Assembly (NCBI GenBank): GCA_965242725.1
Contig: CBDESZ010000018.1
Location: 256,001-320,000 of the forward strand
Direction of reading: 5' to 3'
Length of the DNA: 64,000 nt
Origin: Alkalispirochaeta sp.
GTDB taxonomy: Bacteria; Spirochaetota; Spirochaetia; DSM-27196; Alkalispirochaetaceae
Shown piece after piece: positions 21,307 through 30,680 of the stretch; positions within the stretch are counted from its first letter, which is position 1, and every line of letters starts with the position of its first letter. Position numbers and translations under genes: made by a program. The notes beneath the pieces were generated by a model. It ran no database searches. It was given only the letters and a program-made list of their open reading frames with translations, and had not been told where the DNA came from.

Positions 21307-23474
21307 ATGCATACAGTAAAAATACAGATCGGTGATCAGGAACTCACTCTGGAAACCGGTCGCATGGCCAAACAGGCCAACGGCGCGGTTTTTGCGACGT
21401 ACGGCGGTTCCGCCGTATTATCGACGGCTACCGCGTCGGATGAGCCCAGAGAAGGGCTCGACTTTGTTCCATTGCAGGTGGAATACAACGAGAAATACTA
21501 CGCCGCAGGTAAAATTCCCGGCGGATTTCTCAAGCGGGAAGGACGACCGAAAGACAAGGAAATCCTCGTCTGCCGGCTTATCGACCGCCCGATGCGGCCC
21601 CTCTTTTCTAAGAAATTCATGCGGGAGCTGCAGATCGTTCCCACCGTCCTTTCAACCGATCAGATTAATCCGCCCGACGTGATTGCCATGGTGGCCGCCA
21701 GCGCCTCCGTTCATATAAGCGACATCCCTTTTGACGGGCCAATCGGTGCCGTTCGGGTATGTTCCGTTGACGGTGAACTGGTTATAAACCCCACCTTTGA
21801 CCAGATTGCGGCGTCGGAGCTCGAAATCATCGTCGCCGGAACCAAGGACGGCATCACCATGGTGGAGGGTGGCGCCCAGGAAGTTTCGGAAGAACTCATG
21901 ATCGCCGCAATTGACAAGGCCCGGGAAGTGATTCTCGAACTCTGTCGCATCCAGGATGAGCTTCGCGACGCCGTGGGAAAAGAAAAACTCCCCCTTATCG
22001 AAGATACGCGCACTCTTGCCGTAGCGGACGATATTCGCGCGTACGCGCAGTCCAAACTGACGGAAGCGTGTTTCGTCAAAGGGAAGCACACCCGCTACGC
22101 GGCTATCAAAGCGGTGAAAAAGGAGACCCTCGAGCACTTTGCGGAGCAACTGCAGGAAGACGACGACGTCACAATGGCGAAGTCTCTCCTGGGCGATATG
22201 GAGCAGGAAATCGTGCGCGAGTCGATCCTCCGCGATCACCGTCGGACCGACGGGCGTGGCCTGGAAGATATCCGACCCATCACCTGTGAAATAGACGTTC
22301 TTCCCCGTACGCACGGCAGCGCCCTCTTCACCCGCGGTGAAACACAGGCCCTTGCAGTGATCACCCTCGGTACGATGTACGACGAACAGATCATGGACGA
22401 CATTGACGGTGACCGCCGGGAACGCTTCATGCTCCACTATAATTTCCCGCCCTTTTCTGTCGGTGAAACGGGTCGCATGGGCACGGGACGCCGGGAAATC
22501 GGTCACGGCCACCTCGCCCACCGGGCGTTGGAATCGGTCATTCCCGACAAGGACGCCTTTCCCTATACGCTCCGTATCGTTTCGGAAATTCTCGAGTCCA
22601 ACGGTTCATCCTCGATGGCTACCGTCTGCGGCGGTTCACTTGCCATGATGGCCGCCGGTGTCCCCACCAGGAAACCGGTCGCAGGTATTGCGATGGGTCT
22701 CGTCACCGACGGAGAACGGACCGCGGTTTTGAGCGACATCCTCGGTGAGGAAGATCACCTGGGTGACATGGACTTCAAGGTTACCGGAACAGCCGAAGGG
22801 ATTACCGCCTTTCAAATGGATATCAAGGTCAAAAACGTCTCGAGAGAAGTCATGACGACCGCCCTCGATCAGGCACGGCGCGGCCGGATGCATATCCTTG
22901 AGAAGATGGCGGAAGCGATTCGGTCTCCCCATGAAGAGCTTTCGGAACACGCGCCGCGTATCATTTCCTTTTCCGTTGACCCCGACGAAATCGGCCTTCT
23001 CATCGGCAGCGGCGGCAAGACGGTAAAAGCCATTTCGGAGAAGTTCGGCGTTCAGGTCAACTTTGACGATAACGGAACCGTTACGATCTATTCCAAAGAC
23101 AAATCGGCCGCAGACAACGCGAAAAAGAGCTTTCTCCAGCTTCTGGAAGAACCGGAAATCGGTGCCGTCTATCCCGGTGTGGTGAAACGCATCGTTGATT
23201 TCGGTGCGTTCATCGAGTTTCTTCCCGGCCGCGAGGGACTCTGCCATATCAGCAAAATGGCGGCAAACCGGGTGAACTCCGTGGAAGACGTACTTTCGCT
23301 CGGTCAGGAAGTGGACGTCAAGATAATCGAAATCGACAAGATGGGCCGGGTCAATCTGAGTCTCATCTACGAAGGAATGAACGAACCCCGAGAGCGTGGT
23401 CCGAACGAGGCGGCGAACGGCGGGACAATCGTGGACGTCGTGACGGCGGTCAGGATCGTGGTCGACGACGATAG
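21307..23474 (+). CDS. pnp: Polyribonucleotide nucleotidyltransferase (PNPase), ~720 aa; probable frameshift near 23402
   Basis: ETGRMAKQANG, GKIPGGFLKREG, HGSALFTRGETQ, ESNGSSSMA, EDHLGDMDFKV, KH and S1 domains. The shifted frame gives a typical tail ERGGERRDNRGRRDGGQDRGRRR* ending at TAG 23472-23474. Confidence 0.95.
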
Positions 23475-23481
23475 AAAAAAA

Positions 23482-23913
23482 ATGGAGGTGCGCCTCGTTG
23501 CGCACCCTTCCTTTATCCCAGACTACGCCTCCGAGGGATCTGCAGGCGCGGACCTTCGGGCGGCGATTGATGAACCGGCGTTCCTCCAACCAGGGGAGCG
23601 CCGTCTTTTTCCCACGGGTGTCAGACTTGAACTCCCTCCGGGGTATGAAGGGCAGGTACGGCCGCGATCGGGGTTGTCCGTTCAGTACGGCATCACCGTT
23701 CTCAACGCCCCCGGCACCATCGACAGCGACTATCGCGGCGAGATTTCCGTGCCCCTCATCAATCTGGGAGGTGAAACCGTGACGATCCGGCCGGAAATGC
23801 GAATCGCCCAGCTCGTCATCGCGCCGGTAGTTCAGGCGCGGTTTGTGTCCGCGCCGTCGCTGTCCGATACGGCCAGAAGTGACGGTGGGTTCGGTTCCAC
23901 CGGCACGGGATAA
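23482..23913 (+). CDS. dut: dUTP pyrophosphatase
   Basis: SAGADL, QVRPRSG, NAPGTIDSDYRGE, RIAQLV, RSDGGFGSTG; own ATG at 23482. Confidence 0.95.
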   Translation: MEVRLVAHPSFIPDYASEGSAGADLRAAIDEPAFLQPGERRLFPTGVRLELPPGYEGQVRPRSGLSVQYGITVLNAPGTIDSDYRGEISVPLINLGGETVTIRPEMRIAQLVIAPVVQARFVSAPSLSDTARSDGGFGSTGTG

Positions 23914-23918
23914 CACTC

Positions 23919-25193
23919 ATGTCAGGAAAGTCGAAGGGCGGGGCGGCTTTTGCGCCACTCATGTACCGCTATGTGGGAGGGGAGTTTCTTCTTTCCTTCC
24001 TCGTTTCCTTCGCCTTTTTCTTCTTCATGTTTTTTATAAACCAGCTGTTGTTGCTGGCGGAAGACATTCTCCAGAAAGACGTCCCCCTCGGTGCTGTTGT
24101 GCGTCTTATCGTCTATGCCGTCCCCTCGATTATCGCGTTGTCCGTACCTTTCGCAACGCTCGTTGGGACGCTCATGGCGATCGGTCGTTTGTCGGGTGAC
24201 AATGAAATTGTCGCATTCCGGGCCGCCGGTTTTCCCCTGGGCAAGCTCTTTTCTCCCGTGCTGGCTCTGGCGGTACTTCTTTCATTCGCCTCGTTTTTCG
24301 TCAATGACTACCTTCTTCCATTGGGTACCATGAATTTCGGCTCCCTCTACAGGGAACTGCTTTATGCGAATCCCGCCCTCGAGCTGGAACCGTATTCGGT
24401 GAAGCGCTATCAGGAGGATACCCTCGTCACCGGTCCGGTCGCGCCGGGACAGGTCGGTGAGTTCGTCATCATCGATTCAGACGCACAGGGCCAGCGTCGG
24501 ACGATCACGGCTGAGCGGGCGGAACTTCTCCGGGAAGGGGATCCCAATACGATCGGTCTGCTCCTTACGAACGTGACCTCCCTCTCCGGAATAGACGACG
24601 GTAATTATACCTACAGTACCGCCCGTATCATGCGGTACAACATTCTGCTGCAGGACATTACCGTGGCAATCCGCTCGCCGGGACCGCGGGAAATGAGCGC
24701 CAGGGATGTGCGGGAAGAGATCCGCCGGAAAGAGGAGCTTCTGGCAGTCCGTCGGGAAGAATGGGAATCTGAAAGCGCCCTGCGTATCGCCGATGCACAA
24801 TGGGCGTGGCTTGATGTCGCCCGACACGGAGGGAGCGGAAGAGAGGCGTCAACGCTGTCGGAAGAGGCACAACGAATTCGGGATCAGAAACCGACCGATC
24901 GTTCCCTTCAGGTCTTTCGCCTGGAGTACCACAAGAAGTTCAGTATCCCGTTTGCCGCGATTTCCTTCGTCGTTCTCGCATTTCCGCTGGGACTGTACTC
25001 CCGTCGGAGCGGCAGAGGGGTCGGTTTCGGTATCGGATTGATTGTAGCCACCACCTATTGGGCCCTTCTCATCGGTGGCCAGACGTTCGGCACGCAGCGC
25101 CCCAATGTTCCTCCCGCTGCAGCAATGTGGCTGCCCAACGTGCTTTTTATCGTCGTCGGGATCTCCATTTTCATACGGAGGTCACACCGCTGA
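23919..25193 (+). CDS. lptF: LptF/LptG (YjgP/YjgQ) family permease
   Basis: Three N-terminal and three C-terminal TM helices, RLSGDNEIVAFRAAG, EYHKKFSIP, AMWLPN. Confidence 0.85.
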   Translation: MSGKSKGGAAFAPLMYRYVGGEFLLSFLVSFAFFFFMFFINQLLLLAEDILQKDVPLGAVVRLIVYAVPSIIALSVPFATLVGTLMAIGRLSGDNEIVAFRAAGFPLGKLFSPVLALAVLLSFASFFVNDYLLPLGTMNFGSLYRELLYANPALELEPYSVKRYQEDTLVTGPVAPGQVGEFVIIDSDAQGQRRTITAERAELLREGDPNTIGLLLTNVTSLSGIDDGNYTYSTARIMRYNILLQDITVAIRSPGPREMSARDVREEIRRKEELLAVRREEWESESALRIADAQWAWLDVARHGGSGREASTLSEEAQRIRDQKPTDRSLQVFRLEYHKKFSIPFAAISFVVLAFPLGLYSRRSGRGVGFGIGLIVATTYWALLIGGQTFGTQRPNVPPAAAMWLPNVLFIVVGISIFIRRSHR

Positions 25194-26302
25194 TGCTTTT
25201 TGATCGGCTTCTCCTGCGCACCTTTTTCCCCGTATTCCTGCTGGCCATACTCTTTTTCGTCCTGATCATTCAATTGATGGATCTCTTTTCCAACCTGGTA
25301 CGATTTCTCAACCTGGAGGTCCCCCTTTCGGAGATTCTGAACGTTCAGTTGCTTTTTGTCCCTCGGGCCGTAACCTTTTCGCTGCCGGTGGCGCTCCTCT
25401 TTGCGGCGGCGTATACCCTCGGCACCCTGTACGGCAATAATGAGCTGATTGCCGTGTTCGATTCGGGTGTTTCCATTCGGCGATTTACCACACCCTTTCT
25501 CGTCATTGGTATGCTTTTCAGCATCGGCGTCTTCTTTTTCCAGGAATATGTGGTTATAGATACCTATCGGAGAAAGAATGAGGAGACTCGCCGACTTCTC
25601 AATATTTCGCGATCTCTGAGTAATTCAAATATTACGGTCCGCAGTCCCGGGGGAGAGATCATCTATTCCGCGGAATACTACAATGACGCCGTTCAGGAGC
25701 TGTCCCGGGTCATGATTCTCCGCCGCCGGAACGGTCGTTTTGCCGGGCGGATTGACGCCGAGCGGGCTCTCTGGTCGGAACAGGAAAACGTATGGATTCT
25801 TGAAAACGGCACTCGCTACGAACTGCAGGAGGAGGAGAGCTCCCCGGCGGACGGCGATTCCGCTCCTCCCGACATTGAAGCGACCTCGTTTCGCCGCCTT
25901 TCCGAGCCCGCCTATTCCCTGCCGCCGGAACGATTTCGTCGTTCAGGGGAGAACGTCGATGAGTTGCGCTTCGACGAGGCGCGCCGCTGGGTCTTCGGAC
26001 TGCGCGACTCAGGACAACCCTATCGTCAGGAACTTACGGATTATTACAGCAGGTTTTCATTCTCCCTTACGCCCTTTATAGTCCTCCTCCTGTCCTGCGG
26101 ACTGGGAGGTCGTTTCAGGAAGAACATCCTTCTCATGAGTCTGCTCCTTTCCCTCGTCGCTGCGGTAGTCTACTACGTGACGGGAATGGTGATGGAACTC
26201 CTCGCCGGAAACGGCACCATTCCACCTCTGGTCGGAGCGTGGGCGGGAGTGGTACTATTCACTGTAATCGGCATTATCCTCATTCGAACGGCAAGAACAT
26301 AA
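25193..26302 (+). CDS. lptG: LptF/LptG family permease
   Basis: NNELIAVFDSGVS, same topology, PPLVGAW; ATG overlaps the upstream TGA. Confidence 0.85.
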   Translation: MLFDRLLLRTFFPVFLLAILFFVLIIQLMDLFSNLVRFLNLEVPLSEILNVQLLFVPRAVTFSLPVALLFAAAYTLGTLYGNNELIAVFDSGVSIRRFTTPFLVIGMLFSIGVFFFQEYVVIDTYRRKNEETRRLLNISRSLSNSNITVRSPGGEIIYSAEYYNDAVQELSRVMILRRRNGRFAGRIDAERALWSEQENVWILENGTRYELQEEESSPADGDSAPPDIEATSFRRLSEPAYSLPPERFRRSGENVDELRFDEARRWVFGLRDSGQPYRQELTDYYSRFSFSLTPFIVLLLSCGLGGRFRKNILLMSLLLSLVAAVVYYVTGMVMELLAGNGTIPPLVGAWAGVVLFTVIGIILIRTART

Positions 26303-26312
26303 CGGAACAATT

Positions 26313-27461
26313 GTGAACACACAGTCAGCTGAACACCTTATTTCGATCGATACATATGACGCCGCAACCGCCGCGCGGACCGGTCGCCTTCATCTCCCCC
26401 ATGGTGACGTGGAAACCCCTGCATTTATGCCGGTCGGTACCGCAGGTACGGTAAAAGCGATACGTCATGACACGCTCCATCGCATAGGGTATCGCCTGAT
26501 CCTCGGCAATACCTATCACCTTTTTCTGCGACCCGGTATGGATGTAATCGGTTCCTTCGGCGGACTCCACCGATTTTCCTCATGGCGACACAACATCCTC
26601 ACCGACTCCGGGGGATACCAGATATTCAGCCTTGCACCGTTCAGAAAGATCACTGAGGAAGGCGCCCGCTTTCAGTCACATATAGACGGAAGCAGACACA
26701 CAATCACCCCCGAGCGGGCGGTAGAGATTCAATGTACAATCGGTTCGGACATACAAATGGTCCTTGATGTCTGTACAGGCGCCGACGAAGGGCGCGGGGC
26801 GGCGGAAAGCGCCTTGAAAACGACGACCGCCTGGGCCAATCGCGCCAAAAACCGGTGGACCGAGGAACGAAAGAGGGGCTATAGCGGCCACCTGTTCGGT
26901 ATCGTTCAGGGGAATATATTCCCCGACCTGCGCACCGAGGCGGTCCATCGCACCCTGGAGATCGGCTTTCCCGGCATCGCTATCGGAGGCTTGTCCGTCG
27001 GGGAAACGTACGAGCAGTACCGCGAGATTCTCGCCCACACCGCCCCACAGATACCGAAGGAATATCCCCGATATGTCATGGGTATCGGAACGCCGGAGTA
27101 CATTCTCGCCGCCATTGAAAACGGCATCGACATGTTTGACTGTGTCTTTCCGACCAGGGCGGGACGAAACGGAACGCTCTTCACTACCTATGGACGCATC
27201 AATCTCAAGAACGCGCGCTGGATTCACGATGATGATCCTCCGGATCCGGTTATCGACTCCTTTGGTGGAGACTCTTACAGTCTGGGATATTTGCGGCATC
27301 TCTTCAAATCAGGCGAAATTCTCGGGCCCATGCTGGCGACGGAACACAACCTGCGCTTCATGAAATGGCTCGTCGATGAAAGCGCCCGGGCAATCAGGCA
27401 GGGTACCTTTACGACGTTCCGTGATTCCCTGTTGAAGGTCTATTCACGTGAAAAGGAGTGA
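26313..27461 (+). CDS. tgt: tRNA-guanine(34) transglycosylase
   Basis: TPAFMPVGT, NTYHL, LTDSGGYQ, FGIVQG, GGLSVGE, PRYVMGIG, DMFDCVFPTR. Confidence 0.96.
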   Translation: MNTQSAEHLISIDTYDAATAARTGRLHLPHGDVETPAFMPVGTAGTVKAIRHDTLHRIGYRLILGNTYHLFLRPGMDVIGSFGGLHRFSSWRHNILTDSGGYQIFSLAPFRKITEEGARFQSHIDGSRHTITPERAVEIQCTIGSDIQMVLDVCTGADEGRGAAESALKTTTAWANRAKNRWTEERKRGYSGHLFGIVQGNIFPDLRTEAVHRTLEIGFPGIAIGGLSVGETYEQYREILAHTAPQIPKEYPRYVMGIGTPEYILAAIENGIDMFDCVFPTRAGRNGTLFTTYGRINLKNARWIHDDDPPDPVIDSFGGDSYSLGYLRHLFKSGEILGPMLATEHNLRFMKWLVDESARAIRQGTFTTFRDSLLKVYSREKE

Positions 27462-29070
27462 AGGGGAGCCGCCGGCCGCAGCGATTGCCGGCGGCAGGGA
27501 AGGAAACACCACCACCGCCACCTTCGTCGTCATGGCGTCGACCCTCGTATCCCGGCTGCTCGGCTTCGTCCGCATCGCCGTTATCGGCGCCGTATTCGGT
27601 GCGTCAGGGAGCGCGGACGTCCTGAACCTGGTCTTCAATATTCCAAACAACCTGAGAAAACTTCTCGCCGAAGGGGCGTTGTCGTCGGCGTTTATTCCCA
27701 CGTTGTCCAGGAGTCATGTTGAGGATTCCTCCCTTTCGCGATCCCATATTCTGGTCCGACAACTGATCGGATTTCAACTGGTCGTACTGCTCCCGATCAT
27801 ACTCTTTTCAATACTCTCTCCCGGGTCGATTACGGAAATCATTCTTGACTTTCCGGAGCATGAACGACAGGAACTGGCAGCAGAGCTGTTTCGATGGTTT
27901 ATTACCTACCTGTTGTTCATTTCCATCGCTGCCGTCCTGATGGGTACGTTGAACTCTCACCATTCCTTTTTTATTCCCGCGGTGGCGCCGCTCCTGTTTT
28001 CTCTCTTTGTCATTGCCAGCATTCTGGTTCTCCACCGATACCTCGGGGTTTTTTCAATGGTTGTCGGCGTCCTTCTCGGCGGGATAGGCCAGCTTTTGAT
28101 CCATATTCCGGCGGTGAAACGGTTCGGCTATTCCCTGAAGCCCGTTTTTTCGTTTTCCACGGCCGATTTCAGAAAGGTACTGCGACAATGGATGCCCGTC
28201 GTTTCGACGGCGAGCGTATTCGCAATCAACCAGCAGGTTGCACTTTTCTTTGCAAGCGGCCTGGAAGACGGAAGCGGATCGGCCATGACCAACGCCCTCG
28301 TCTTCTGGCAACTTCCGTTCGGTATCTTTGCGGCATCGATCACGACGGTTCTCTTCCCCACAATGAGCAGGCAGCACGCGTTAGACGATCGGCGAGGGGT
28401 GGCGGACAGCATTGAACGAGGAATACGCGGACTGCTGCTGCTCCTCATTCCGTCGGGGGCGGGATTGATCGTTCTCGGCCGCGAGATGATAGCCGTCGCC
28501 CTGCAGCGGGGCGCCTTTTCCGCCGCGGCGACCACGCTGGCGGCGGATGTGCTCGTCTACTACAGTTTCGGTCTTTTCAGCGTCGCCGCCTTCACCTTTC
28601 TTCAGCGCGCGTTCTACGCATGCGACGATTACCGGACACCACTCATCAACGCAATCATCACGGTCTTTCTCGATGTCGTGTTAAGCCTCTGGCTCAAAGA
28701 GACGCGACTCGGGGTATCCGGTCTCGCCGCGGCAAACAGTATCGCCTTCACGGTCGGGCTCCTCCTCTATATCCACCCTGTATACCGCATCTCCCGGGGG
28801 TTCTCTGTAGGGAGAATCGGAAAGGTCCTGCTCCCCGCCGCCGCGGGCACGACGGCAGCGGTATTGAGCGTCATCCTTGTCAGGCAGGCTGTGACGCTTC
28901 TGGGAGTCACTGCGCAGTGGTGGAGCACCGGAAGTTCGCCGGTGAATCTCGCCCTCTTTCTCCTCCACGCGGTGCCTGCAATTTTCGCGTTACTGGGGGT
29001 ATACCGCCTCTTTGGTTTGAATGTACGTTCTATACGGCGGGGAAACACCTCCGGGACGGGCCCGGTATAG
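27448..29070 (+). CDS. murJ: Lipid II flippase MurJ (MviN)
   Basis: SRLLGFVR, IPNNLRKLLAEGALSSAFIP, QLPFGIF, many TM helices. Confidence 0.93.
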   Translation: MKRSEGEPPAAAIAGGREGNTTTATFVVMASTLVSRLLGFVRIAVIGAVFGASGSADVLNLVFNIPNNLRKLLAEGALSSAFIPTLSRSHVEDSSLSRSHILVRQLIGFQLVVLLPIILFSILSPGSITEIILDFPEHERQELAAELFRWFITYLLFISIAAVLMGTLNSHHSFFIPAVAPLLFSLFVIASILVLHRYLGVFSMVVGVLLGGIGQLLIHIPAVKRFGYSLKPVFSFSTADFRKVLRQWMPVVSTASVFAINQQVALFFASGLEDGSGSAMTNALVFWQLPFGIFAASITTVLFPTMSRQHALDDRRGVADSIERGIRGLLLLLIPSGAGLIVLGREMIAVALQRGAFSAAATTLAADVLVYYSFGLFSVAAFTFLQRAFYACDDYRTPLINAIITVFLDVVLSLWLKETRLGVSGLAAANSIAFTVGLLLYIHPVYRISRGFSVGRIGKVLLPAAAGTTAAVLSVILVRQAVTLLGVTAQWWSTGSSPVNLALFLLHAVPAIFALLGVYRLFGLNVRSIRRGNTSGTGPV

Positions 29071-29081
29071 GAGTTGTCCAT

Positions 29082-30488
29082 ATGATGAGAAATCACAAGC
29101 TGTCAATCGCGGTCGTCACGATCTTTCTGTGTGCGTCGCTCCCTGCATATACCCAGACTGATGCGACCGAAGAGACTGGGGTCGTCCGGTCGTCCCTTGA
29201 TGAGTGGCGGGATACATTGCGCTACGGCATAAATTCCGAAATCGTTGAACTGCTTCCCACACTGACGGAAAACGGGGAAGAGGAGCTCGCTCCTGACGTC
29301 GTCAGCCTCTTCAATACGAGCAACGACGAAGGCGTTCTTGAACACGCCGCCAGGTTTCTCCAGGCGGTTGCATCTCCTGCCGGTCATGATCGCGCCCTTT
29401 CCATTATTGATACCCATCAGGATTGGAACGACGACGTGCTCATGGCGTTGCTTTCCTATCTCCGGGAGACCGGTGCCGACATTCCCGAGGAATACCGGCC
29501 TTCAATTGAACAACTCATCAGGACGGGATCTATCGGCCCGGCAACCGCAGCGGTTCGATTTTACGCTTCGGCGGGTGTCTCTTCGGAAGAACTCATCCGT
29601 CTGTACCGGGAACCGGACGTTCATGACGATGTCCGCGGACGAATTCTCATCGAGCTGGGACTGCGGGGAGACCCCGACGTGTTTGACTTCGTGAGCGAGA
29701 TAATACAGGAAGATGAAGAGGCGACGACGACACTGGAACGCTACGCAATTGATACCCTCGGCAAACTGGGTGACCCGCGGGCTCTGCCGATCATTACGCG
29801 ACAGTTTCGGTCCAATGACGCAATGACCCGCGCATACGCCGCCTCGGCTCTTGCGAATTTCGACACTCCCGAGGCACGGGAGGCTATTCAGGCTGCTCTG
29901 CGGGATGAATTCTGGCGGGTCCGTATATCGGCGCTCGAGGCGATACGGGAAAAGAGCGTTACCGATGCGCTTCCGGCGGTACTGTACAAGGTGCGGCGCG
30001 ACCCGGAAGAGCGGGTTCGGATTGAGGCGGTCAGGACGACGGCCGCCCTTGACCAACGGGAAGGGTGGGAAGAACTGCGGCGTCTGGTGAAAAACGACGG
30101 AACATCCTTCAACGTCAGGACGGCGATTATCGAGCAGTTGCTTACCGGTGCACCCCGGGGGGCAACGGAGACAATTCGTGAACTGATTGACAAAGAATGG
30201 GAAAAGGAAAACAGCCGGATACTCGACGCGATCGGACGGGTCGTTTCCAGAACGACCAGGGACGACCTTCAGGGTATCGTTGAGAGGCTTCTATACCATC
30301 CCAATTTCATTATCCGGATCTACGCAATCCGCGCGGTCGGCAACAATGGAATTACATCTCTGAAGGATACGGTGCTGGAGCAGAGCAGGGAGGGAAACCA
30401 CCCGGCCGTCCGGGCGGCGGCGCTCCGTTCACTGGAACAGCTCGGTATTAATCCCGACTCGATAGAGACATCCTCCGGCGAAGAGTGA
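29082..30488 (+). CDS. Exported HEAT-repeat protein
   Basis: Signal peptide; repeats such as AIDTLGKLGDPRALP, RAYAASALANF, VRISALEAI, VRAAALRSLEQL. Confidence 0.8.
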   Translation: MMRNHKLSIAVVTIFLCASLPAYTQTDATEETGVVRSSLDEWRDTLRYGINSEIVELLPTLTENGEEELAPDVVSLFNTSNDEGVLEHAARFLQAVASPAGHDRALSIIDTHQDWNDDVLMALLSYLRETGADIPEEYRPSIEQLIRTGSIGPATAAVRFYASAGVSSEELIRLYREPDVHDDVRGRILIELGLRGDPDVFDFVSEIIQEDEEATTTLERYAIDTLGKLGDPRALPIITRQFRSNDAMTRAYAASALANFDTPEAREAIQAALRDEFWRVRISALEAIREKSVTDALPAVLYKVRRDPEERVRIEAVRTTAALDQREGWEELRRLVKNDGTSFNVRTAIIEQLLTGAPRGATETIRELIDKEWEKENSRILDAIGRVVSRTTRDDLQGIVERLLYHPNFIIRIYAIRAVGNNGITSLKDTVLEQSREGNHPAVRAAALRSLEQLGINPDSIETSSGEE

Positions 30489-30525
30489 GAAAAGAAGTCC
30501 CTTCACCTTCAGCCCTGAAGGGAAC
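30488..30525 (-). terminator. Probable intrinsic terminator for the greA transcript
   Basis: On the minus strand: TCCCTTCA-10 nt loop-TGAAGGGA followed by CTTCTTTTCT. Confidence 0.4.
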
Positions 30526-30669
30526 CCTCTCCGTGCTGCCCGCGCCGCCTGACGTTCGCGCTGCCGGCTTCCGGCTTGCCCGAAGGGACGCTCCCTGTTT
30601 CCCGGGTGCGGAAAGCGCCGAATGGTCAGCAGGTGCATCACATCCGGCATGTCCGGGGTATGTCGGGAC
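30497..30669. ncRNA. Candidate structured RNA of unknown family in the convergent HEAT/greA intergenic region
   Basis: Nested complementary segments form a long irregular hairpin closed by GTCCC/GGGAC. Strand not determined; see findings. Confidence 0.35.
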
Positions 30670-30680
30670 GCCACACTTGA

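Noticed and set aside
21256..23913. Apparent 885-aa PNPase-dUTPase fusion
   Set aside because: One added base near 23402 restores a typical R/G/D-rich PNPase tail ending at TAG 23474, and dut has its own ATG at 23482. Consistent with the window-wide indel errors.
30530..30600. SRP RNA or c-di-GMP riboswitch identity for the greA-downstream element
   Set aside because: GTCAGG...GCAGC spacing and the GNRA helix do not fit the SRP domain IV consensus; no GEMM motif is present and no gene lies downstream to regulate.
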